A DNA stretch of 64,000 bases. Origin: an uncultured Clostridia bacterium. GTDB taxonomy: Bacteria; Bacillota; Clostridia; UBA1381; UMGS1253. The position numbers and the translations under genes were made by a program. Shown piece by piece: positions 55,903-64,000 of this stretch. The number at the start of each line of letters is the position of its first letter. Position 1 is the stretch's first letter. A model generated the notes under the pieces. That model was not told the origin of the DNA and searched no databases. It saw nothing but the letters and a program-made list of their open reading frames with translations. The DNA is taken from positions 37,026-101,025 of the forward strand of contig CAKSHP010000004.1 in the NCBI GenBank assembly GCA_934457145.1, read 5' to 3'.

Positions 55903-55952
55903 AAAAAAGGGCTGTTAAAAAGTCAATTGATTTTTTAACAGCCCCTCTTTTT
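55903..55952. terminator. Bidirectional terminator
   Basis: AAAAAAGGGCTGTTAAAAA ... TTTTTAACAGCCCCTCTTTTT. Confidence 0.85.
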
Positions 55953-55957
55953 AAAAT

Positions 55958-57049
55958 TTATTTTTCAATTGCATTTTTTAAAACCGGATACAAAGCATCT
56001 GCCCAGGCTGTGCATCCTGTGGAGTTGGGGTGTCCGCCGTATTTTGCAATATGCAAAAGCTCTTTGCTTTGGCTTAAAACGTCCGAGGTGTCAAAAATAC
56101 CTATGCATTTAGGAGCAATGACGGTTTTTATGTATTCGTTTACATTTTTCCAGATATCAATTTTTTCGCCTGTATAGTCAAACGGAGGCACTGTCTGGAT
56201 AAACACTTTAACGCCCGCAGCCGTCAGCTTGTCTGTGATATTTAAAAGATCGTTTTTAATCTGATTTTCGCTTCTGCCCTGAAGAATATCGTTAACGCCG
56301 TAGCACACGACAACAACGTCGTTTTGCTTTGCTTTAAAAAGCCATGCGCTGTCTGAGGCGGCATCCTGAGCGCGTCCGAAACCGAGGCCTAAATTCCAAT
56401 ATGCATACAAAAAGCCTAACTTTTTTGCAACCTTATAGTTCCAGTGCTCATAAGAATTTATGTCGGTTCCGATTCCCTGAGTGATAGAGTCGCCTAAAAA
56501 TGCAATTTTAAGCTTTGCATCTCTTTTGCAGCCGAGCATTGACAAAAACGGCATATGTTTGCAAGGCTCCCAGGCTCCGTCTTTTAAAATAAATGTTGGT
56601 ATCAGGCTTTCTTCGTGGCAAAAAAACTCTTTTGCGCTGAAGCTTATCTGAATGCATATATAGTCTGTGCTGTTTGCACAAAGCTTTAAAGGATCGCTTG
56701 CAAAAAATTCTCCGGGCATAACTTCTTTTTGATCTTTGCCTGAAAACGTTACCGGAAAAAAGCGGATGTCATCTGTCATATGATCTGCACAGCATGTGCT
56801 GCACACTCCGGCAGACAAAGAATGTATCGTCCAGCCGCCGCATATTAAATTGCAGTGGCTTAATTTGCCGTCTGAAAATGTGCTGTCGGCTATGTTTGAA
56901 AATAAAAACGAATATTCGTATTCGCCGCCGTTATTTACTTTATAAAATAATCTTCCCGTTTTTATCTCGTTTTCGTTTTCGCTTTTAACAAGCATTTGAT
57001 TGCCGCTTCCGGCAGATGTGTTTGAAACAAAATTTTTAAAATATTCCAT
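55958..57049 (-). CDS. SGNH/GDSL-family hydrolase with an N-terminal ~170-aa extra domain
   Basis: 363 aa. Block I is IAFLGDSITQG, block III is VVCYGVNDI, and block V has a His in KYGGHPNSTG. It is divergent from the dlt-like operon. Confidence 0.8.
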   Translation of the reverse strand: MEYFKNFVSNTSAGSGNQMLVKSENENEIKTGRLFYKVNNGGEYEYSFLFSNIADSTFSDGKLSHCNLICGGWTIHSLSAGVCSTCCADHMTDDIRFFPVTFSGKDQKEVMPGEFFASDPLKLCANSTDYICIQISFSAKEFFCHEESLIPTFILKDGAWEPCKHMPFLSMLGCKRDAKLKIAFLGDSITQGIGTDINSYEHWNYKVAKKLGFLYAYWNLGLGFGRAQDAASDSAWLFKAKQNDVVVVCYGVNDILQGRSENQIKNDLLNITDKLTAAGVKVFIQTVPPFDYTGEKIDIWKNVNEYIKTVIAPKCIGIFDTSDVLSQSKELLHIAKYGGHPNSTGCTAWADALYPVLKNAIEK

Positions 57050-57156
57050 TTTTATCAGCTCCGCATTTTTTTATTTATATTTTAACCTATTTGTAAAGAA
57101 AAATCAATAGTTTGTAAAAATAAATGCCGCTTTAATCAAATTTTAGCCTTAAGGCA

Positions 57157-57185
57157 TTGACAAAACATAGTTTAAACTGTATAAT
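57157..57185 (+). promoter_or_regulatory. Consensus sigma-A promoter (TTGACA-17-TATAAT) of the dlt-like operon
   Basis: TTGACA at 57157-57162 and TATAAT at 57180-57185. Confidence 0.7.
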
Positions 57186-57268
57186 TGTTAATATGTGAAA
57201 ATGGAAAAATTATAAAATTTATACGGTTTAAAAATTGTTTTTAATAAATTTGAAAGGTTGATGTTTCG

Positions 57269-58801
57269 GTGTATAACTCGGCAGTGTGCCTTCTTGATGA
57301 GGCTTGTAGAAAATATCCGGATAAAACGGCTGTTATTGATGAAAACGGAAAGATAACGTTTTTGCAGCTTAAAGAAAAGGCAATGAGGGTTGCTTCGTAT
57401 TTGGAAAAAGAAAAAAACGCTTCAAAAGCTCCCGTTGTTGTTTATATGAAAAAGAGCATTGATTGCATAGTTTCGTTTATGGCTGTTTTATACAGCGGCA
57501 GGGCATATGTTCCGGTTGCGGGTGATATGCCGTTTGAAAGAGTCAGAAAAATTACGGATAATTTAAATCCTTCGTTTATCATTGCAGACTCGCAGCGTTT
57601 AGAGATATTAAATCAAAACGGTGCTGCAAATAATGCAGTTTTGTTTGAAACTGCCGCCGGGTTTGAAAGTGACGAAGAAAAAATAAAAAATATACAGCAA
57701 AAGGTTATCGATACAGATCCGATATACATAATGTATACGTCGGGTTCAACGGGAGATCCCAAAGGCGTAACGGTTTCGCACAAGGGCGTTATAGACTATG
57801 TTACATGGACAAAAACCACATTCGGCTTTAATGAAAACGATATTTTCGGAAATCAGGCGCCGTTTTATTTTGACAACTCTATTTTTGATATTTACGGCTG
57901 TCTGATAACAGGGGCAACTATGGTTATAATCCCGGAGGTGCTTTTTAATTTTCAAAACAAGCTTCCCGAATACGTTGAAGAAATGAAAATAACGGTTATT
58001 TTCTGGGTTCCGACTATTTTGATAAATGTTGCAAATGCGGGCGCGCTTGATGAGTGCCGTATGACGCATCTTAAAAAGGTTCTTTTCTGCGGAGAGGTTA
58101 TGCCAAACACTCAGCTTAATATCTGGAGAGAGCACTATCCCGACTTAATGTATGCAAATTTGTACGGACCGACGGAAATTACGGACGTGTGCACATATTA
58201 TATAGTTGACAGAGAGTTTGAAAACAGCGAGCCTCTGCCTATAGGACGCGCATGCAAAAATATGAGAACATATATAATAACCGAAAGCGGAAAGCTTGCA
58301 AAAACAAATGAAACGGGCGAGCTTTGCATAGCCGGCACGGGCGTGGCGCTTGGATATTATAACAACAAAGAAATAACAGACAAAGCCTTTATACAAAATC
58401 CGTTTAATCCGTATTATTCGGAGAGGCTTTACAGAACAGGCGATCTGGCTTATGAAAACGAAGAGGGACTTTTGATGTATGTCGGGCGCATGGATTCGCA
58501 GATAAAAATAAACGGAAACAGAGTTGAGCTTGGCGAAATTGAAAATGCGGCTATGTGCATAGAAGGCGTTTCAAGAGCCTGTGCCGCACTTGACAGCAAT
58601 AAAAACGCGATTGCGCTGTTTATTGAGGCGGCCGGCGAATATAAACTGCGCCATGTGAACAACGAATTAAAAAAGCATATCCCAAAATACATGCTTCCTG
58701 GCGAGCTTTTTGTGTTAGAAAAATTTCCGCACACTTCAAACGATAAAATAGACAGGGTATCTTTAAAAAAGCTGCTCTGCGGAAAAGACGGTGAAAAATA
58801 A
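57269..58801 (+). CDS. Stand-alone amino-acid adenylating enzyme, DltA-like (ligase 1 of 3)
   Basis: 510 aa with a GTG start. Core motifs present: YIMYTSGSTGDPKGV, FYFDNS, NLYGPTE, GELCIAGTGVALGYY, YRTGDLAY, GRMDSQIKINGNRVELGEIE and SNDKIDR. No C, T or TE domains. Confidence 0.88.
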   Translation: MYNSAVCLLDEACRKYPDKTAVIDENGKITFLQLKEKAMRVASYLEKEKNASKAPVVVYMKKSIDCIVSFMAVLYSGRAYVPVAGDMPFERVRKITDNLNPSFIIADSQRLEILNQNGAANNAVLFETAAGFESDEEKIKNIQQKVIDTDPIYIMYTSGSTGDPKGVTVSHKGVIDYVTWTKTTFGFNENDIFGNQAPFYFDNSIFDIYGCLITGATMVIIPEVLFNFQNKLPEYVEEMKITVIFWVPTILINVANAGALDECRMTHLKKVLFCGEVMPNTQLNIWREHYPDLMYANLYGPTEITDVCTYYIVDREFENSEPLPIGRACKNMRTYIITESGKLAKTNETGELCIAGTGVALGYYNNKEITDKAFIQNPFNPYYSERLYRTGDLAYENEEGLLMYVGRMDSQIKINGNRVELGEIENAAMCIEGVSRACAALDSNKNAIALFIEAAGEYKLRHVNNELKKHIPKYMLPGELFVLEKFPHTSNDKIDRVSLKKLLCGKDGEK

Positions 58802-60336
58802 TGAACTCAGTTTTGACGCTTATAGAAGAAACAATAAAGAAATTTCCGAAAAACATTGCAATTGATGATGAAAAAACAGCTATGACATATGAGCAGCTTT
58901 ATAACTCATATAACTGTATTGCGCAGGCTATCATATCAAAATCTTCGGGCGAGGTAAAGCGTCCGGTTTTGGTATATCTGCCGAAAAGCGCAAAATCAGT
59001 GGTTTCATTTATGGGAGCGCTTGCAAGCGCGAATATGTATGTTCCGGCAGATTATAAAACGCCGCTTGAAAGACTTTCGGCAATGATTGATAATTTAAGT
59101 CCGATAATGATTATAACCGATGAAGCCGGAAAGGACACGCTTTCGTCTTTCGGTATAACAAAAGATGTGTGCGTTTATGACGAGCTTTTAAAAACAAAAG
59201 CCGATTTAGAAGAAATTGAGGAATATAAAAATTATGTTATAGACACGGATCCGGCATATGTTATGTATACTTCCGGTTCGACAGGCGTTCCGAAAGGCGT
59301 TGTTATTGCACACAGAGGAATTATAAACTATGCGCTTTGGCTTATCGACGAATTTAAGATAAACGAGAAATCGGTTTTGGGGCTTCAGTCGGGTTTTCAT
59401 TTTGACAACTCCGTGTTTGATATATATACAAGCTTTTTTACGGGCGCAAAGATGGTTATAATTCCGGAAATACTTTTTATGTATCCGGGACAGCTTATAG
59501 AGTTTATGCAAAAAAAAGAAATAACAACAATCTTTTGGGTGCCGACGGTTATGATAAACGTTGCAAATTCGCAGGCTTTGGAAAATGCAAGTTTGCCAAA
59601 CCTTAAAACTGTTGTTTTTGCAGGCGAGGTAATGCCTAACAAACAGTTAAACATATGGAGAAAAAATTTAAAGGACTGTGTGTATGCGAATTTGTACGGG
59701 CCGACGGAAATCACGGTTGACTGCACATATTATATAGTTGACAGAAAATTTGAAAACAGCGATCCGTTGCCCATAGGAAAAAGCGTTCCGAACAACCGCG
59801 TGCTGATTTTAAATGAGCAAAACAAGCTTTGTGAGCCTTATGAACACGGCGAGCTGTGTGTTGCGGGATGCGGTGTGGCGCTCGGATATTATAATAATAA
59901 AGAGCTTACCGACAAGGTGTTTGTGCAAAATCCGCTCAACGATAAATATAAAGAAATAATTTACCGCACCGGAGATATTGCATATAAAGACGATGAGGGG
60001 CTTATTATGTATGTCGGCAGACGCGATAACCAGTTTAAGCTCAGGGGAAACAGAATAGAGCTCGGAGATATTGAAAATGCCGCATCGTGTGTTTCGTATG
60101 TTAAAAAATCGTGTGCGCTGTTTGACAGCGAAAACGAAAAAATTATTTTGGTTATAGAGTCGGATGAGGCAGTTAATTTAAGAAAGCTGAATTTGCTTTT
60201 GGCAAAGTATCTGCCAAAATATATGCTTCCCGGACAGCTTGAAATAACAGATAATATGCCGGTTACGCCGAATAACAAAATCGACCGAAAGGCGCTTTAT
60301 GCAAAATACACGAATTTGGGTGACAAAAAATGTTAA
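58801..60336 (+). CDS. Stand-alone amino-acid adenylating enzyme, DltA-like (ligase 2 of 3)
   Basis: 511 aa. Its ATG shares the A of the ligase-1 TAA stop (TAATG). It has the same full motif set (YVMYTSGSTGVPKGV, FHFDNS, NLYGPTE, YRTGDIAY, GRRDNQFKLRGNRIELGDIE, NNKIDR). Confidence 0.88.
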   Translation: MNSVLTLIEETIKKFPKNIAIDDEKTAMTYEQLYNSYNCIAQAIISKSSGEVKRPVLVYLPKSAKSVVSFMGALASANMYVPADYKTPLERLSAMIDNLSPIMIITDEAGKDTLSSFGITKDVCVYDELLKTKADLEEIEEYKNYVIDTDPAYVMYTSGSTGVPKGVVIAHRGIINYALWLIDEFKINEKSVLGLQSGFHFDNSVFDIYTSFFTGAKMVIIPEILFMYPGQLIEFMQKKEITTIFWVPTVMINVANSQALENASLPNLKTVVFAGEVMPNKQLNIWRKNLKDCVYANLYGPTEITVDCTYYIVDRKFENSDPLPIGKSVPNNRVLILNEQNKLCEPYEHGELCVAGCGVALGYYNNKELTDKVFVQNPLNDKYKEIIYRTGDIAYKDDEGLIMYVGRRDNQFKLRGNRIELGDIENAASCVSYVKKSCALFDSENEKIILVIESDEAVNLRKLNLLLAKYLPKYMLPGQLEITDNMPVTPNNKIDRKALYAKYTNLGDKKC

Positions 60337-61838
60337 ATAAAAGAAACACGGCGGTTTGCTTTTTGGAAGAAACAGCAAAAAAATATCCGGATAATATTGC
60401 CGTTGACGAAATAGGAAAGCTTTGCACGTTTGAAGATTTGTATAAAAAGAGCCGTGCGGCGGCGAGCGCAATTTTGAAAATGAATATAAAAAAGCAAAAT
60501 ATTGCCGTTATGCTGCCGAAAGGGGCAAACGCAATGTGCGCTTTTTTTGCCATACTCTACAGCGGAAAAACCTATGTGCCGCTTGATTACAACGATGCAG
60601 ACACAAGGCTTTTTACGATTATTGCGGCGGTTGACTGCGATTTGGTTATAACCGACGAAAATAATATTTCAAAATTTAAAGACGCGGGAATAAATGCCGT
60701 TTTGTACAGCGAAACGGAAAAATGCGAAATTGACGATGATGCTATTTATAATGCGCTTGAAACAGTATGCGACCTTGACAGCGCATACATAATGCACACA
60801 TCAGGCTCGACGGGCGTTCCGAAAGGCGTTGTTGTGTCGCACAGGGCGATAATTGATTTTACAAACTGGGCGGTAAAGCTTATGAAGCTTGATGAAACAA
60901 GCGTTATAGGATTGCAGTCGCCGTTTCATTTTGACGCATCCGTGTTTGATATATATGTGTGTATTGCAACAGGGGCAAAGCTTGCGCTGCTGCCGGATGT
61001 GTTGGTTAAATTTCCGGCAAAAATCCCTGAATTTATAGAAGAAAAGAAAGTTACCTGCATATTTTGGGTTCCGGGAATTTTAGCCGATATTGCAAATTCG
61101 GGCGCGCTTGAAAAATATGAGATGCCGTCACTAAAAATGTTTACGTTTGTCGGCGAAGTTATGCCGACAAGACAGTTTAACATGTGGTATAATAAAAATA
61201 AAAACAGAACATATATAAATCTTTACGGGCCGACGGAGGCGACCGTTGCGTGCACGGCGTATAAAATAAAAAAAGCTTTGCAGGACAGTGAGCCGATACC
61301 GATAGGCAGAGCGGGAGCAAACAAGCGGATTTTGATTATAAATGAAGAAGGTCGCGAGGCAAACGTCGGAGAGACAGGCGAGATTTGTATACTGGGCAGC
61401 TGCCTTGCTTTCGGGTACTACGGCAGAAAAGAAGAAACAAACAATGTGTTTGTGCAGAATCCGGCGAACATGGCATACCGCGAAATGATGTATAAAACCG
61501 GAGATTTCGGATATGTGAGCGAAAGCGGAGACATTATTTTTTCCGGCAGACGCGACAGTCAGGTTAAAATTCACGGCATAAGAGTGGAGCTTGGGGATAT
61601 TGAAAACGCTGCCTGCTGCATAGACGGTATTGAAAAGGCAAGCACCGTGCTGAAAGATGAAAAAATAACGCTGTTTTTGCAAACAAAAAAAAGCTTTAAC
61701 AAAAGGCAGTTTAATTTGCTTTTAAAAGAACATGTTCCGAAGTATATGCTGCCGGATGCTGTAGTGTGTCTTAATCAGTTTCCTTTAAACAAAAACGGAA
61801 AGACAGACAAAAAAAGACTTATAAGCGAAAATTATTAA
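60330..61838 (+). CDS. Stand-alone amino-acid adenylating enzyme, DltA-like (ligase 3 of 3)
   Basis: 502 aa, overlapping ligase 2 by 7 nt. Motifs: YIMHTSGSTGVPKGV, FHFDAS, NLYGPTEATVA, YKTGDFGY, GRRDSQVKIHGIRVELGDIE and KNGKTDK. Confidence 0.88.
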   Translation: MLNKRNTAVCFLEETAKKYPDNIAVDEIGKLCTFEDLYKKSRAAASAILKMNIKKQNIAVMLPKGANAMCAFFAILYSGKTYVPLDYNDADTRLFTIIAAVDCDLVITDENNISKFKDAGINAVLYSETEKCEIDDDAIYNALETVCDLDSAYIMHTSGSTGVPKGVVVSHRAIIDFTNWAVKLMKLDETSVIGLQSPFHFDASVFDIYVCIATGAKLALLPDVLVKFPAKIPEFIEEKKVTCIFWVPGILADIANSGALEKYEMPSLKMFTFVGEVMPTRQFNMWYNKNKNRTYINLYGPTEATVACTAYKIKKALQDSEPIPIGRAGANKRILIINEEGREANVGETGEICILGSCLAFGYYGRKEETNNVFVQNPANMAYREMMYKTGDFGYVSESGDIIFSGRRDSQVKIHGIRVELGDIENAACCIDGIEKASTVLKDEKITLFLQTKKSFNKRQFNLLLKEHVPKYMLPDAVVCLNQFPLNKNGKTDKKRLISENY

Positions 61839-61921
61839 CGCAAAGCGTGTAATTTTAACGTTTTTTATGTGTCCGGATAAAAAGCGATATTAATATTTAC
61901 GGACGGAAAGGCGAATTTGAA

Positions 61922-62170
61922 ATGAACAATATTGAAGAAAAAATTGAAAATTACATCAGAGAAACGTTTGACATAGGCGATGATCCCGAATTTTCAAACG
62001 ATATACATTTGTTTGACAGCGGATTTGTTGATTCATTGGGTGCGGTTGATATTGTTATGTTTGTGGAAAACGAATTTAACATTAAAATCACGCAGAAGGA
62101 TATAACTCTTTATCCTATGAACACTGTAAATGAAATTGCGGCTGTGGTAAAAAGCAAGCTTGAAGGTTAA
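61922..62170 (+). CDS. DltC-like acyl/aminoacyl carrier protein
   Basis: 82 aa with a phosphopantetheine-attachment context, LFDSGFVDSLGAVDIVMFVE. RBS GGAAAGG. Confidence 0.85.
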   Translation: MNNIEEKIENYIRETFDIGDDPEFSNDIHLFDSGFVDSLGAVDIVMFVENEFNIKITQKDITLYPMNTVNEIAAVVKSKLEG

Positions 62171-62193
62171 TATAAAATTATCGGAGAAATATA

Positions 62194-63342
62194 ATGTGGT
62201 TTTTACAAGAAGATATGCTTTTAAAGCTTCTTTTGTGTACTGCGGTTTTTATTTTTGGGATTTATGCGTTTGAAAAGCTTAAGATAAAACAGCATTTTAA
62301 AATTTTCAGCGCGCTTTTAAGCGCGGCGCTGATGTTTAGTTATTCAAAAGAGCTTGGACTGATTTACACAGCATACGTACTGCTCAGTTATGCTATGATT
62401 GTGATAATGCGGAAAATTAAAAAATGCAGAAAAGGTTTTTTTGTTGTTTTCTGCATTTTATTTGCGCTGCCGTTTTTTGCGTACAGAATAACGCCTGTTA
62501 AGAATTATTTCGGCTTTACGATAGTGCTTATCGGATTTGCATATAATATGCTAAAGGCAATCGATGCGCTTTTTTACACATACTATACTGATGAAAAAAT
62601 AGAATTTACAGACTATGCAAACTTTATTTTGTTTTTCCCCGTGTTTACATCGGGACCGATATTTCGCTACCGTGATTTTCACAAAGCCTTTGAAAACATT
62701 AAACCGCTGACGGCGGCATCTATGGAATACGGAATCAAACGCTTTATTTTGGGCATGTTTAAAAAGGTGGTTCTGATTACGCTTTTGAATATGGTTTTTG
62801 AAAAGCTTACGGCAATTGAACAGTATCACTTTTATCAAAGCATTGCAACGATAGCTTTGGCATATCTTATTTTGTATCTTGATTTGTCGGGATACAGCGA
62901 TATGGCGATAGGAATCGGAAGACTCACGTCTATGGAGGTGCCGGAAAACTTTAAACAGCCGTGGAGCGCTGCAAGCTTTACGCAGTTTTGGCGAAAGTGG
63001 CACGTTACATTAAGCGACTGGATACGCGAACACATCTTTGTTGTTGTGCAGGGAAAAAGGTTAAACAAGTATCAGTCGGCGCTTATCGGATTTGTGACAA
63101 TGATTGTTATGAGCCTGTGGCATGAGTTTACGCTGATAACTCTTATAGGCGGAATATATATGGGTTTGTTTTTGGTTATTGAAAACATTTTTTCGCTGTC
63201 AACGTTTAATGTCAGAAAAGAAAAAAAATATAAATATGTTTTGCGCTGCTTTTTGGTAAACTTTTTCTTTGCGGTAAATGCGCTGACCTTTTCGCTCGAT
63301 ATATCGAAAGTGGTTGATATTTTGAAAGGATTGGTAAGGTGA
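62194..63342 (+). CDS. MBOAT-family membrane O-acyltransferase (DltB/AlgI-like)
   Basis: 382 aa and polytopic, with FTQFWRKWHVTLSDWIREHIF and the conserved His context SLWHEF. Confidence 0.88.
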   Translation: MWFLQEDMLLKLLLCTAVFIFGIYAFEKLKIKQHFKIFSALLSAALMFSYSKELGLIYTAYVLLSYAMIVIMRKIKKCRKGFFVVFCILFALPFFAYRITPVKNYFGFTIVLIGFAYNMLKAIDALFYTYYTDEKIEFTDYANFILFFPVFTSGPIFRYRDFHKAFENIKPLTAASMEYGIKRFILGMFKKVVLITLLNMVFEKLTAIEQYHFYQSIATIALAYLILYLDLSGYSDMAIGIGRLTSMEVPENFKQPWSAASFTQFWRKWHVTLSDWIREHIFVVVQGKRLNKYQSALIGFVTMIVMSLWHEFTLITLIGGIYMGLFLVIENIFSLSTFNVRKEKKYKYVLRCFLVNFFFAVNALTFSLDISKVVDILKGLVR

Positions 63343-63343
63343 T

Positions 63344-64000
63344 ATGAAAAAGAATGTTAGATTTACCGGATTTGTTTTTGTGCTTATAGCTGTTTGGATT
63401 ATTTCAGACGTTTTTTTAACGTTTACCGATCCGGTTTCCCACTCGGCATATTTTCCGAAAAACGATTTTGAAATTACAAAAATGAAGCACCCGGAAAAGG
63501 TTTGGGACAAGGTGTTTTACGGAAGCTCGGTTGTGGTTAATTCGTATATTGAAGAAGAAAGCGGGAGCGGATATTATAACCTTGGAATAAGCTACGGAAC
63601 AGTGTCTGATATTTATGAGATGATTGAAAAAAAATATATAACTGTCGGCAGCGAGCTGGTTATAGGCTTAAACGATGTGACCTTTGTTGACTGGCTTGAC
63701 ACAAACCCGACCTATCCGTGGCACAAAAAGTGGTATCAGCATTATGTATATTTCAGAAGAGATAATATATGCCCGTTTTTAAAAGACGCATTTTCAAATG
63801 TAATGGCAAAGAAAAATCCGTTTGCAGAGCCTTTGTATACAAATCCGGGAAAGCTTTATGTTTACGGCGCGCTTTCTGATGAAGAGCTTGAAAAAAGCAA
63901 CGAATCAATGCTTGAAAGGTTCGGAGGCTGCACGGTTGATAAAGATTGCAGAAAAAATTTTGCGGATTTGGAAAAGCTTATAAAAATATGCAAAAAGAAA
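63344..64000 (+). CDS. Membrane-anchored DltD-like (SGNH-fold) protein, 3' end beyond the window
   Basis: The frame is open for 219 codons to the window edge, which is why it is absent from the ORF track. It has an N-terminal TM anchor (FTGFVFVLIAVWIISDVFL) followed by VFYGSSVV (a GSS-type block I). It starts 1 nt after the MBOAT stop. Confidence 0.55.
   Translation, partial: MKKNVRFTGFVFVLIAVWIISDVFLTFTDPVSHSAYFPKNDFEITKMKHPEKVWDKVFYGSSVVVNSYIEEESGSGYYNLGISYGTVSDIYEMIEKKYITVGSELVIGLNDVTFVDWLDTNPTYPWHKKWYQHYVYFRRDNICPFLKDAFSNVMAKKNPFAEPLYTNPGKLYVYGALSDEELEKSNESMLERFGGCTVDKDCRKNFADLEKLIKICKKK

Noticed and set aside
1-64000. A scan for CRISPR arrays, IS elements or transposases, integrases, phage genes, toxin-antitoxin pairs, restriction-modification or other known defence systems, and for tRNA/rRNA genes.
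   Set aside because: None was found. Every ORF of at least 60 aa with a plausible RBS is accounted for above. The intergenic regions are short and are explained by promoters, terminators, one riboswitch and the repeats described.

Overview
This 64-kb chromosomal window comes from a low-GC, endospore-forming Firmicute, probably a Clostridia-like organism. Supporting signs are a gerXB-XC-XA germinant receptor operon, spoVAD-spoVAE, a lysine riboswitch, AGGAGG-type RBSs and many stem-loop/T-tract terminators. All calls are made by eye from motifs in the supplied translations and the DNA; no database search was possible.

Most of the window is core housekeeping:
- copA (3' part), aroF, a Gfo/Idh/MocA oxidoreductase, and a KdpD-like/KdpE-like two-component pair
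- a Na/Pi-PhoU transporter, uppP and murA
- L-box-asd...dapA-dapB
- metK and the conserved block rplU-rpmA-obg-yhbY-nadD-yqeK-rsfS-leuS
- pheA-prmA-rsmE, dprA-topA-trmFO, manA and feoAB

No rRNA, tRNA, CRISPR array, IS element, prophage or recognisable defence system was seen.

The unusual parts, most interesting first:
1. A dlt-like envelope-acylation operon at the 3' end (57.2-64 kb). It has three tandem, translationally coupled DltA-type adenylating enzymes with different predicted substrate pockets. These are followed by a single carrier protein, a single MBOAT and a DltD-like protein.
2. A compact island holding a short, divergent glycyl-radical enzyme and its activase, bracketed by two AraC regulators. 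Three perfect 20-bp tandem repeats sit directly before its RBS.
3. A candidate Phe/Tyr-rich leader peptide plus terminator upstream of DAHP synthase.
4. A secreted GH10-like gene sitting inside the lysine-riboswitch asd/dapA/dapB cluster, which ends in a stand-alone aspartokinase-like ACT-pair gene.
5. Three giant secreted proteins that share a copper-amine-oxidase-N-like stalk. Two of them also share a collinear ~550-aa N-terminal architecture.
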